DNA of 64,000 nt, taken from contig CAZSRA010000002.1 of assembly GCA_964609585.1 (NCBI GenBank), positions 46,820-110,819 of the forward strand, given 5' to 3'. Below the pieces are notes generated by a model that did not search any database, was not told where the DNA came from, and was given only the letters and a program-made list of their open reading frames with translations. Below, one piece after another: positions 19,363 through 28,960 of the stretch; the first letter of the stretch is position 1, and every line of letters starts with the position of its first letter. The DNA is from an uncultured Candidatus Saccharimonadales bacterium. GTDB taxonomy: Bacteria > Patescibacteriota > Saccharimonadia > UBA4664. The position numbers and the translations under genes were made by a program.

Positions 19363-20433
19363 ATGATGAGATTCCCGAAGCTGAGCACCCAACAAGCTCA
19401 GATGAGACGTTTGGGACGCTTTGGTGGCGTGGCGGCGATTTTGGCCGGCAGCGCTGTGGCGATGGTTTTGATGTGGCCAAAATCTTCTGTAAATCTAGCT
19501 GGTAATGTGACATATCCAGCCGATTTACGGAAGCAGTATAGCGCAATCGTGCAGGCGGTACATGCTTTTGAAACGCGCCAAAGTAATCTCCAAGCCCAAG
19601 TAGTGAGCGTGCATGATCTTAACTCGCAGCTTTCGCGCATTCAAATTGACGCAACGAGTGGCCAATTTGCGGTAGCGGAAGCGGATATCACATCGCTAAA
19701 ACAGGCTCTTGCAAACTGGAACTTTGAGCTGAGCGGCGGCACGAAGGTGGCGGCAGCCACCCAGCCTCAGTCGACAAGCGGTCTGTACCTGCCGATTTTG
19801 CTCTATCATTACCCTCCGGCAAATTTTGAGCAGCAACTTGAGCATCTCGACAAAGCAGGATATACGACGATTGACCTCGACCAGGCACTTGCTGGCATGC
19901 AAGGGGCGGCGCTCCCACCGAAACCGGTCGTGATTACTTTCGATGATGGTTTTGAAGCTCAAATGTCAGCCTACAACCAGCTAAAGCAGCATCACATGAA
20001 GGCGACGTTTTATATTATTAACGCCGGCGAGGCAAGCCGGTGGTGTATTGGTGCAGGACGGCGCTACGGCGATCCGCTGCAGCCACCAAGTGGATGTGGA
20101 GATACTTATTTAAGCTGGGATCAGATCAAAGAGATGGATAAGAGTGGCTTGATTACCATTGCTGGTCACACGGTGAATCACCGAGACCTCGTGACGCTGT
20201 CGGAAGCAGATCAAAGATTTGAGATCGTAACGGGTAAGGCGATGCTGGAGGCCGAGCTGGGTCATAGTGTACGCCATTTTGCTTACCCTTACGGTGCGTT
20301 TAACGCTACAAGTATCGCTCTGGTGCAAGAAGCCGGCTATGTGACGGCAGTGACGACACAGCCGGGCGCTTTTCAGCCGGCGGGTTCGAACTTCACCTTG
20401 CGACGCGTGCGAGATGCCATGGTGCTGCCCTAG
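19363..20433 (+). CDS. Membrane-anchored polysaccharide deacetylase (CE4)
   Basis: PILLYH, ITFDDG, HTVNH, FAYPYG; TATAAT 4 nt before ATG 19363. Confidence 0.9.
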   Translation: MMRFPKLSTQQAQMRRLGRFGGVAAILAGSAVAMVLMWPKSSVNLAGNVTYPADLRKQYSAIVQAVHAFETRQSNLQAQVVSVHDLNSQLSRIQIDATSGQFAVAEADITSLKQALANWNFELSGGTKVAAATQPQSTSGLYLPILLYHYPPANFEQQLEHLDKAGYTTIDLDQALAGMQGAALPPKPVVITFDDGFEAQMSAYNQLKQHHMKATFYIINAGEASRWCIGAGRRYGDPLQPPSGCGDTYLSWDQIKEMDKSGLITIAGHTVNHRDLVTLSEADQRFEIVTGKAMLEAELGHSVRHFAYPYGAFNATSIALVQEAGYVTAVTTQPGAFQPAGSNFTLRRVRDAMVLP

Positions 20434-20915
20434 GTTGGTTTGGAGCCGGAATCCGGGACGGTAAGTCCCAACTTGGTGCTGATAAGGTTGAGAACTTCGC
20501 GAGGGGTGAGCTCAGCTTTTACAAGATAGTCGGCGCCATAGGAGTGAGCGGCATTGCGGTCCGATAGCGCGGATGAGTTTGTGAGCACAATGACAGGCAT
20601 GGCGGAGAAGTCAAAATTGTCGTTTTGAAGGGCTCCGAGGACTTCGAGGCCAGATAGTTCTGGCATGTTAATGTCGAGTACGGCCAGGTTCGGATGCTCG
20701 GACTTGATGGCTTCGAAGGCATCGCGACCGTTATTTTTAACGATTACCTTGAAACCAGCGCCCTCAAGTTTTATTTGATACATGCGTGAAATGAAAGGAT
20801 CGTCTTCGGCGATGAGGACGATTTTTGAGTCACCATCCGTGGGAGCTGGAGCGGCTACTGGATCAGTGACGGTGTAAGTGGGCTCTTCAGGCTTTGGATT
20901 TGGGGTTTTTGGCAT
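20430..20915 (-). CDS. Stand-alone response regulator receiver
   Basis: AEDD, LDINMP, LTN, YLVKA. Confidence 0.9.
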   Translation of the reverse strand: MPKTPNPKPEEPTYTVTDPVAAPAPTDGDSKIVLIAEDDPFISRMYQIKLEGAGFKVIVKNNGRDAFEAIKSEHPNLAVLDINMPELSGLEVLGALQNDNFDFSAMPVIVLTNSSALSDRNAAHSYGADYLVKAELTPREVLNLISTKLGLTVPDSGSKPT

Positions 20916-23067
20916 GGACTACCTCGTGTTTTTTTGCAGTTACCGGCTTGAGGGGCAACTCGAACCCAAAGGTCGAACCTTTGCCCTCTTCACTGTTGAA
21001 TATTATTGTACCACCTTGATCTTCGATGACGCGTTTGGCGAGATATAGCCCGAGGCCAGTACCATCAGGACGTACGATCTGAGCGTTGTCGGCGCGGAAG
21101 AATTTGCTAAAGAGCTTGCGTTTGGCGCTATCCGGTACGCCAATGCCGGTATCGCGGACTTCGAGCCGTATGCGGTCGCCGGATTGCTTTAGGATTACCC
21201 GCACTTCGCCTTGCTTGGTGTAGTAGATGGCGTTGTCGATAAAGTTCATGATGACCTGGCGGGTTTTGTTATCGTCCACTTCGGCTAGGGGGAGGTTTTT
21301 GACGGGTGGCTCAAAGATGAGTTTGAGGTTTTTGGCTGTTGCGTGGGTTTGGAGCTGGCGGACTTCATCTGAGATCATGGCAGCCATGTCGGTGGGCTTG
21401 GTTTGAATGAGGAAGCGGCCGGCTGATAAACGCGAGACGTTGAGCAAATCGGAAATGAGATTTACCATGCGCTCGCTAGAGCCGAAGGCATAGCCCACAA
21501 ATTCCTCCTGGGCTTTCGTGAGTTTGCCGGCGTCGCCTTCTTGCATCATCGAGAGGTAGCCTTTGATGGTAGTGAGCGGCGTGCGCAACTGGTGCGACGC
21601 CATGGAGATAAATTCGTCCTTGGCGTGATCGAGCTCTTTGAGGTGACGATTGGCGAGGCGGAGGCGGTTGGTAGCATGGTCAATGCGGGCCTGAAGAGTG
21701 AGGTTGAACTCTTGAATTTCGGCGTAGGCTTTAGCGTTGGAGATGGCGACGGCAAGCTCCTTACCAATGATCTCAAGGAGCTCTAAATCTTGACCAGAAT
21801 ATATACCGCCGGATAATTTATCGCCAAGCAGAAGATAGCCAATAAATTCATCACGAGTTCGCAAGATCATCGACACCCTGATATTGTGTGTGTCCATAAT
21901 TTCCTTACGCTCGCCAGATTCGAGTTCGTCGGCGATGAGTATGCCTTTGTCCAATTTGGCGAGCTCAGGAGCGATCATGAGACGTTTTGGCAGGAGACCA
22001 TAGTGCTCAACTCGGTAGACTTTATTATCATTAAATATGATTAGCTGTCCAAATTGGATATGCAATTTCTCACTCAGCTCAGTAATGGTCTGTTTAAGGA
22101 CTCGGTTGAGATCGAGTTCGGAGACGAGAATTTTAGTGAAATTACTAATGACTTCTTCGGAGTCATAGTGATGGCGATAAAAAACGCGATTAGTTATCTT
22201 TTCAAAGAAGCGGCGTAGAGGTTGGAAGGTAACGGACAGAACCAGTGCCAGTAGTATATTAAATAGGCTTTCGGACATTTGATTAGTATGGGTCGGGAAA
22301 AATAGGCCCGATAGAGCATAAAGTGCCACGGCATATCCGCAGGCAAGAGTGGAGAGTAATAGTACATAGGCTGCAGACCGAGCGACGAGCGACCGAATGT
22401 CGAATAGGCGGCGAGTAATGATAGCGTAAGAAATAATGATGCCAGCCGCGAGTAGAAAAATAGGACTAATGGAGATAAAGAGGGTAATGCCAAAGCCGAG
22501 TGGCAAGATAATCGTGGCCAGAAGTGTAAGACCGAAACCAGCGATAAGACCAGTGGCCACAAGCTGAAGTTGCGCATGTTCTAGTCCTTTTGATCTGCGA
22601 TACATCTGAATCAGCCGGATTGATCCACCGGCGAGCGTGAAGAGCATCATGAGCCCAAAAGATGGAATGGCTGGGCCAATAGTGAGCTGTGGTTGGCCGT
22701 TAGTGATCGTGACGGACCGGAAAAGTAGGTTGGTGAATAGTAAAATACTGTTTATAACCCACCAGATCGATAGCCCTCGCGCGAACAGCCGCCGGTATTT
22801 GAAACGAGTACGCGCGAAGGAATCAACAAAAAAGAAATACAGCGGTCCCGTACAGACTCCCGTAAAGATAGCTAACTTTGCCCATAAGAAGGCTAGCTCT
22901 GGGCCTTGAGAATGGAGGCTAAAGTAGTTAAAAATCGGGTAAAGCGAATTTACAAAAATTAATCCAGCAAAAGTCCGATTGAGCATACTCCGACTGTTCT
23001 TAGATAAAACCGCTAGAACGAGTCCAAAATTTACGACTGCCGTGATAATGGCGAGTATGAGTTCCAC
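20887..23067 (-). CDS. Sensor histidine kinase, N-terminal 7TM-type sensor + GAF-like region
   Basis: Multi-TM N-terminus ending YAIITRRLFDI; SHQLRTP H-box; DNAIYY, DTGIG, GTGLGL. Confidence 0.9.
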   Translation of the reverse strand: MELILAIITAVVNFGLVLAVLSKNSRSMLNRTFAGLIFVNSLYPIFNYFSLHSQGPELAFLWAKLAIFTGVCTGPLYFFFVDSFARTRFKYRRLFARGLSIWWVINSILLFTNLLFRSVTITNGQPQLTIGPAIPSFGLMMLFTLAGGSIRLIQMYRRSKGLEHAQLQLVATGLIAGFGLTLLATIILPLGFGITLFISISPIFLLAAGIIISYAIITRRLFDIRSLVARSAAYVLLLSTLACGYAVALYALSGLFFPTHTNQMSESLFNILLALVLSVTFQPLRRFFEKITNRVFYRHHYDSEEVISNFTKILVSELDLNRVLKQTITELSEKLHIQFGQLIIFNDNKVYRVEHYGLLPKRLMIAPELAKLDKGILIADELESGERKEIMDTHNIRVSMILRTRDEFIGYLLLGDKLSGGIYSGQDLELLEIIGKELAVAISNAKAYAEIQEFNLTLQARIDHATNRLRLANRHLKELDHAKDEFISMASHQLRTPLTTIKGYLSMMQEGDAGKLTKAQEEFVGYAFGSSERMVNLISDLLNVSRLSAGRFLIQTKPTDMAAMISDEVRQLQTHATAKNLKLIFEPPVKNLPLAEVDDNKTRQVIMNFIDNAIYYTKQGEVRVILKQSGDRIRLEVRDTGIGVPDSAKRKLFSKFFRADNAQIVRPDGTGLGLYLAKRVIEDQGGTIIFNSEEGKGSTFGFELPLKPVTAKKHEVVHAKNPKSKA

Positions 23068-23069
23068 GG

Positions 23070-24134
23070 CTAATGAGTGGCTTCTGTTAGTTTGATCCGC
23101 TCAAGACTTTTGCGAGGCGAGTGCCGCACGTTTCCGTCAACGTGACCCAGCCCGAAGTAAAGCTGTGGATCGAGGGTGGCACTAAAAAGCTTGGCCAAAC
23201 TAGGGCTGTTGCCGGCTTCGAGCGCGGCGGCTTTTGGAGCAAGGCCGAGACCGTTGAGGGTAGCCAAGAGCCCAACCTGCTCATACAAGAGGCCAGCGTT
23301 TATCCAGCTGGCTGGATGGTTGGTTTCGGCCATTATAAGACCGAGCGCCGGGGCATGGCTTAGTGTTGCAAAATCGCGCTTGGCGACCATTTTACTAGCA
23401 ACGGGGGTAAGACTCGTGACGGTTTTGGCGATCACGGATTGCGGAGGGGTAAGACCAAATGTGAAACCGGGCATACCGTCGTGTCGTTTTGTGAAACTTG
23501 GTCGCATCCAAGAAGCAATTTCGCGACTAAAGCGCCGATTTGTGGCGAAGCTTAGGGTTGATTCCTGATGAATGGCGGCAAGCTGCTGAATAGTAGCCGA
23601 GTCAGTCGTTAGCGCCACACGAGCGTCACCCCAGCTAAGCTCAGATATTTGACGAGCAACCTCAGGATCGATTGTGCCGGCCTCGAATGCAAGCTTGTGA
23701 GATTGGCGATTGGCGATGGCTGGAAAAAGTTTTGCAAGCTCGGAATTTCGATGACCCACATTAAGGGGGTGGAATGTCAGTTCTACGGTAATTTCCTGCA
23801 TGGATCGGCCACGAATCTCATATTTTGCTAGCCAACCGAAGTACTCGGCAGCTACTAGGATATTAAGCAGGCAACAACCCAGACTCATAAACAAACCACG
23901 ACTCGCCGTGTCGGAATGCGGGAGAGCGCGGCTCCAGTCGGGTTTGATACTTAGCTGGTTAGGTGGAAGATAGCTAAATAGCCAAGGCTGAGTATTGTGG
24001 GTGGAGGGGGCGAGGATGCCATAGCCGATAAGGAAGCGAATTTGGTCTTTGACACTACCAGCGCGTGGATAGTCGGCTTCGTTGATATTCCAGGCGGTAT
24101 AGTTTGACTGTTTGGTCCGCAAGATGAGTACCAT
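23070..24134 (-). CDS. Acg-like nitroreductase family protein
   Basis: LAPSTHNTQPW; SLGC.L.N; DGMP. Confidence 0.85.
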   Translation of the reverse strand: MVLILRTKQSNYTAWNINEADYPRAGSVKDQIRFLIGYGILAPSTHNTQPWLFSYLPPNQLSIKPDWSRALPHSDTASRGLFMSLGCCLLNILVAAEYFGWLAKYEIRGRSMQEITVELTFHPLNVGHRNSELAKLFPAIANRQSHKLAFEAGTIDPEVARQISELSWGDARVALTTDSATIQQLAAIHQESTLSFATNRRFSREIASWMRPSFTKRHDGMPGFTFGLTPPQSVIAKTVTSLTPVASKMVAKRDFATLSHAPALGLIMAETNHPASWINAGLLYEQVGLLATLNGLGLAPKAAALEAGNSPSLAKLFSATLDPQLYFGLGHVDGNVRHSPRKSLERIKLTEATH

Positions 24135-24206
24135 GGTTATTAATCTTATAGTAAGGCTAAAGTGGTAGCGTTAGCAAAGGGTATGGGTATCTAGGTTTTT
24201 TGAGAA

Positions 24207-25355
24207 TTATTCGGATCTCGGTTTCAATAGTTGCTGGATGGCGGCATCTCTCTTGGCGGAGGCGGCAGTTTCTAGCGGGAGATTGAGTAGGGCATTCAGG
24301 TCGAGACGGTAACGACCACTAGCTAGGGGGGAGCCTAAAAGTATTTGGCGCACTACAAAGGCTGCTACACCCGATTCAATGGTGACCGTACTGCCTAACT
24401 GAGGGCGTCCAACGAGTGTGGAGCCAATTTCTAGCAGCGATTCAATGGCGCGGGTCGGGACATTGGCGAGGCCGATAATTTGAGCTGCGAAGCGCTGTTT
24501 GTCGGCCGATGTGAGGTCTCCAGCCAAAAGCTTGGATTCGAGATCGCCAATGAGACCGTTGAATATTTGAAGGTCCGGCTCAAGGTCGTAGCGTTCGATA
24601 TCGATTAAGATACTATCGCCAAGGCCGGTCAACATAACAACAGGGATACGAAGCTTCTTTGCTTCATAACGGAGGCGAACTTTCATTTCGAAGTCGTCGA
24701 TTTCATCGAAACCGACAGCAGCGGGCTTGTCGCCCCCCAGAAACCCATGAACAGTTGTTTGGTCGATACCCTTTGGAAAGAGGGTGAGGTGGGCATAGGG
24801 ATTAACAGCCCAGATGCGCTCGGCTGTGACTTGAGCTTTGGGCTTGCCGAGATCCGCGAGGGACGCCTGAACGCGGTTGAGATTAGGGGTTTCTAGGCGA
24901 TCGAAATCAGCCAAATATAGAGTGCTCCCGATACCGGCGTAAGACAGGCTAACGGCAATGCCGCCGCCCACCGATAGACCGGCAATGGCTATGTGAGCTT
25001 TCGCGAGCTTGTTTTGCTCGTCTTCGGTGATCAGGCTGCGATTGCGGTTGGTCCGAAGCGCGAATTGTTCTGTCTCAGTGAGGGTATGCAATAAATAGCC
25101 ACTCCAGGGTAAATAAATCCAGTCGCCGACCAGATCTTTGTCTAAGCCGGTTCGATTAGCGATAAATTTGGTCTGCTCAGCGGTGAAGTTTGGGTCTCCA
25201 GCCAAGTGTGGATGAGTAACCTCAAATAGGTCAGCAAGTTGAGACTCAACAACGTCGATTGTTTTCCAAATAGAATAACTTCTAAGCTCCTCAAGATCGC
25301 TCGCTCGGTAAGCACCCTCTCTTAAGATGATTGGCTTGGTAACTTCTTTACCCAT
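24207..25355 (-). CDS. ThiF family adenylyltransferase, Rv1355c-like
   Basis: WIYLPWS, RTNRNR.LIT..EQ, GLSVG, LADFD.LE..NLNR, DIERYD, PQL. Confidence 0.85.
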   Translation of the reverse strand: MGKEVTKPIILREGAYRASDLEELRSYSIWKTIDVVESQLADLFEVTHPHLAGDPNFTAEQTKFIANRTGLDKDLVGDWIYLPWSGYLLHTLTETEQFALRTNRNRSLITEDEQNKLAKAHIAIAGLSVGGGIAVSLSYAGIGSTLYLADFDRLETPNLNRVQASLADLGKPKAQVTAERIWAVNPYAHLTLFPKGIDQTTVHGFLGGDKPAAVGFDEIDDFEMKVRLRYEAKKLRIPVVMLTGLGDSILIDIERYDLEPDLQIFNGLIGDLESKLLAGDLTSADKQRFAAQIIGLANVPTRAIESLLEIGSTLVGRPQLGSTVTIESGVAAFVVRQILLGSPLASGRYRLDLNALLNLPLETAASAKRDAAIQQLLKPRSE

Positions 25356-26869
25356 TTTTGCTTAGTCCCCGGTTTAAAGTAATTAGCGTCTTCGTATGGC
25401 CAGAAGGTAAGTATAGGATATACACGCTCTCCATATTCTTCAAATGTGCGTCGGTATTCGGAGCTGTCCTGGAGAAGTCGCTCAACAACGGCCATCTGTG
25501 TCCGGTCATGAAGGTCCGGGGTTTCTGGAGTATCCGTCTTTAACTCTAAATGGATTTTGAGTTCTTGCTGCCCGCCAGCGTCGTATTCGACCGACATAGT
25601 AAACTTCCCAGTGAGTTCCTCGGCGAGACGACGCCCCGCTAGGGCGGCGCGAATTGTCTCTGGATAGATTTGGAAGGCAAAGAAGGATACAGAAAAATCA
25701 CTACGCTCGTAGATATATACAAATGGCAAGTTCCAGACCGTCTCGCGAATACCGGCAGCCTCAGCTTCTGCCATAAGGTCAAGGCCGTGATCTGCGAAAT
25801 GGCGTGTCATTTGAGCGAGGGTGATAACGCCACCATGGTCCTTGAGATCATACCGCACGAGCGGATAGCCACTGGAGGCGGTGCAGTAGAGATTCTCGTT
25901 GATTGACTCGAAGTAGAACTGCTCAGGCAAATATTGCGCAAGAGTGGGGAGGCGATTGGGCTGCCCGAATATGGCTTCATAGAGGGCTGGACGGGCTAGT
26001 GCTAGGCGGCGAATAAGAATCGACAGCGGCGTTTCATGGGCCATCGTACCGAGGTCAACGGTGCCGTAATGGTTGAGTGTATCGGTGTAAATATTAGTTA
26101 GTCCGGTTTTTTCGGCAACATAATCACGGAATGTCTCGCTAAAAGCCTCGGCTGAAAACACGAAACCTAGTTTGTAATCAGACCATTTCAGTCCAGCTCT
26201 AAGGCCGTCATCAATAATGTCTTTGAGAAAAGGCGCGTAAGAGCCAATGATTATTTGATCAAAGTCGGCGCCTAAATTCTGAACGGCCTTGATAATCTCG
26301 AGCTTATTGATACCGGGCGTAATAATGCTGAGCGCATAGCCGCCACGCTCCCCTACTCGACGCAGAGCCTCATAAGTGAATAGGCCGCCAATCCAAGCAC
26401 CCATTGGGAAGGCGACAATATAGAGGGTGCTGCGTTCGTGAATGTGGAAGTTGGAACGCAAATAGAGCTCTGCGGTATCGGCATATTGATCGTCTTGCAG
26501 GCTGGTGCGAGGGAAATAAAACGGCTCTCCGGTAGACCCCGAGGTTGTTGATATGGTCCAGCGCTGATCATGGAATTCACCATTCCAGCAAAGCTCCGAG
26601 CGAGAGAAGCTACGCAAGTAGCCAGCCTTGTCAATTGAAGGGATATTGACTAGATCACCAATATCCCGGACTTTCGCGGGTTCAAATAATTGAGAAGCGA
26701 GAAATTTGCGATAAGCCGGCACCTGGTGGGCGGCAGCACGGAAAAGCTCGAGCGCGCGAGTGGCGCCACGAGCCAACCAAATGTCCTCTGGCTGCTCGTG
26801 CAGATGGCCGAGGAGCTTGTCGGAGTTTGGAAGATCTGGGTTTGGAAATGTGTATGGCATGTTCGTCAA
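25322..26869 (-). CDS. Phenylacetate-CoA ligase (PaaK)-like adenylate-forming enzyme
   Basis: VPAY, TTSGSTGEP, YGTVD, PLVRYDLKD. Confidence 0.85.
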   Translation of the reverse strand: MTNMPYTFPNPDLPNSDKLLGHLHEQPEDIWLARGATRALELFRAAAHQVPAYRKFLASQLFEPAKVRDIGDLVNIPSIDKAGYLRSFSRSELCWNGEFHDQRWTISTTSGSTGEPFYFPRTSLQDDQYADTAELYLRSNFHIHERSTLYIVAFPMGAWIGGLFTYEALRRVGERGGYALSIITPGINKLEIIKAVQNLGADFDQIIIGSYAPFLKDIIDDGLRAGLKWSDYKLGFVFSAEAFSETFRDYVAEKTGLTNIYTDTLNHYGTVDLGTMAHETPLSILIRRLALARPALYEAIFGQPNRLPTLAQYLPEQFYFESINENLYCTASSGYPLVRYDLKDHGGVITLAQMTRHFADHGLDLMAEAEAAGIRETVWNLPFVYIYERSDFSVSFFAFQIYPETIRAALAGRRLAEELTGKFTMSVEYDAGGQQELKIHLELKTDTPETPDLHDRTQMAVVERLLQDSSEYRRTFEEYGERVYPILTFWPYEDANYFKPGTKQKWVKKLPSQSS

Positions 26870-27004
26870 CTATTATCCAGGTTAATGCTATATATCAGAT
26901 ATACATTGGTTATAGTAACAAAAATTAATACCCGATGTTAGTAAAATTACACAAAATGAATACTGACTGATTGCCCTTCACTAAAATTGCGATATAGTAG
27001 GGGG

Positions 27005-28144
27005 GTGATTGCAAAGCGCGTCGCTAACTTTGATAGTAGCCACATTAGTGAGGCGTTTAGCCGAATACGGGAGATTCCGGATCCGGTTGATCTTAGTATT
27101 GGTTTTCCGGAAGATCCAACGCCGGACTATATTAAAGCAGCCGGAATTCGCGCCATTACTAATGATTTTACGCGCTACACCCCCGCCAACGGTATTTTTG
27201 AACTAAGGGTAGCGATCTCTGAGAAACTTTCCCGTGAGAATAATCTGAAGGTAACACCAGAGCGGGTGGCGGTGACACCCGGCGTAACAACGGGCATATT
27301 GCTAGCCTACTTGACCCTACTTGATCCGGGTGACGAGATTTTAATCCCTGATCCGTACTTCCCTCCCCATTTTGCACTTGCGGAATTGATCGGTGCCGTG
27401 CCGGTAGCAATTGACACCTATCCGAGCTTCCAGCTCACGGCGAAGCTGATCGAGCGCTATATTACGCCAAAAACAAAAGTGCTCGTTATTAACTCGCCCA
27501 ACAATCCATCTGGAGCGGTCTACCCAGAGCGAGAGTTGAGACGGATCGCCAGGCTCGCGAAACAGCACAATTTAACCATTATTTCAGATGAGATCTACGA
27601 GTATTTTTGTTACGATTCGCCGCACTTTAGTATTGGTAGTGTTTATCCAAATACCGTGACTCTTAACGGATTTTCAAAAGCCTATGCGATGACCGGGTGG
27701 CGGATTGGGTATATGACAGGGCCGACAGATGTAATGGCAGCGGTTAATCAAGTGCAACAATATGTGGTGTTTTCGAATTCTTCGATTGCAGAGAAAGCGG
27801 CACTGGCTGCGTTGCGGCATAATCCGACACGCTTAACACGCAAATACCACAATAAACGGGATACAGTATTGCGATACTTAGATGGGACGTTTGAAGTGTA
27901 TGGCTCACAAGGCTCGTTTTTTGCCTATGTCCCGCTACCGCCGGGGATCACTGATGTGGAATTTTGCCAAGAAGCGGCAGCTCAAGGATTGATTATTTTG
28001 CCCTCCCGAGCGTTCTCTCAACGGCACGATTATGTGCGCGTTTCATTTGCGGCGACGCATTTAACGCTCGTGAGAGGCTTAAAAATCTTACGCAAACTGG
28101 CACAAGAAATGGCGGAGAGGAAGCGGGTGTCTGTTAGATCATGA
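27005..28144 (+). CDS. Class I/II PLP-dependent aminotransferase
   Basis: NSPNNPSG, SDEIY, SKAYAMTGWRIG; GTG 27005 after TATAGT (start uncertain). Confidence 0.9.
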   Translation: MIAKRVANFDSSHISEAFSRIREIPDPVDLSIGFPEDPTPDYIKAAGIRAITNDFTRYTPANGIFELRVAISEKLSRENNLKVTPERVAVTPGVTTGILLAYLTLLDPGDEILIPDPYFPPHFALAELIGAVPVAIDTYPSFQLTAKLIERYITPKTKVLVINSPNNPSGAVYPERELRRIARLAKQHNLTIISDEIYEYFCYDSPHFSIGSVYPNTVTLNGFSKAYAMTGWRIGYMTGPTDVMAAVNQVQQYVVFSNSSIAEKAALAALRHNPTRLTRKYHNKRDTVLRYLDGTFEVYGSQGSFFAYVPLPPGITDVEFCQEAAAQGLIILPSRAFSQRHDYVRVSFAATHLTLVRGLKILRKLAQEMAERKRVSVRS

Positions 28145-28207
28145 AGAAACGATTTAAGCTTCTCGGATATATTGCAGCATTGTCAATAACGGTAGTACAC
28201 TTAGACC

Positions 28208-28591
28208 ATGACTACCTCTAAAACGAAAGTCGCAATCATCGAGGATGATATGGCGATTGTGCAAATGTACCGGACGAAGTTCGAGACTGAGGGCTATGAA
28301 GTAGCAACGGCGGAGGATGGCGCCGCTGGGCTGGAACTGATTGAGTCGTTTGAGCCCGATATTATTTTGCTCGACTTAATGATGCCAAATATGAACGGCC
28401 TGGATATGCTGTCGCGCCTGCGTAGCCAGCAAAATGGCCGCAATGCCAAAGTGGTGGTGCTTACCAATATGGGCGACACGGAAACGGCGACGAAAGTGTA
28501 TAAGATGGCGGCGGACGATTACATTGTGAAGGCGGAAATGACTCCGAAGCAGGTGGCAGAGCGAGTGAAGGCGCTGCTAGCTAGGGGCTAA
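28208..28591 (+). CDS. Stand-alone response regulator receiver
   Basis: IEDD, LDLMMP, LTN, YIVKA. Confidence 0.9.
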   Translation: MTTSKTKVAIIEDDMAIVQMYRTKFETEGYEVATAEDGAAGLELIESFEPDIILLDLMMPNMNGLDMLSRLRSQQNGRNAKVVVLTNMGDTETATKVYKMAADDYIVKAEMTPKQVAERVKALLARG

Positions 28592-28600
28592 GTCGGGTTT

Positions 28601-28882
28601 TTATTGAAGCATCCGGCTGATGTATATCCAGGCAATGAAAGCTATGGCGAGGCTGAGGAGGACTAGCGACCAGATATATTTGCGGATGAATAGTGGCGCG
28701 ATTATGAGTAAGAAATAACCAATTATTACAGCGTTCGTATCGAAGAAAGAGTGCGATTCGTCGTTGTAATTATCAATGTGGGAAATATTAAAGCTAATCC
28801 CATAACCCATAATGATGATTCCAAGGAGCAGCAAAGCGAGCATGAGGATTGTTCTTGATCTTGTAATCATTTCTGTAAGCAT
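28601..28882 (-). CDS. Small 3-TM hypothetical protein
   Basis: Hydrophobic ORF filling the gap; start may be ATG 28870. Confidence 0.55.
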   Translation of the reverse strand: MLTEMITRSRTILMLALLLLGIIIMGYGISFNISHIDNYNDESHSFFDTNAVIIGYFLLIIAPLFIRKYIWSLVLLSLAIAFIAWIYISRMLQ

Positions 28883-28960
28883 AGCATTTTAGGTGGCATT
28901 ACCGATAGAGACCGGGGGGACACAGAACGTCCCCCCGATCCCCGGTGTTAGCTGATCAGG

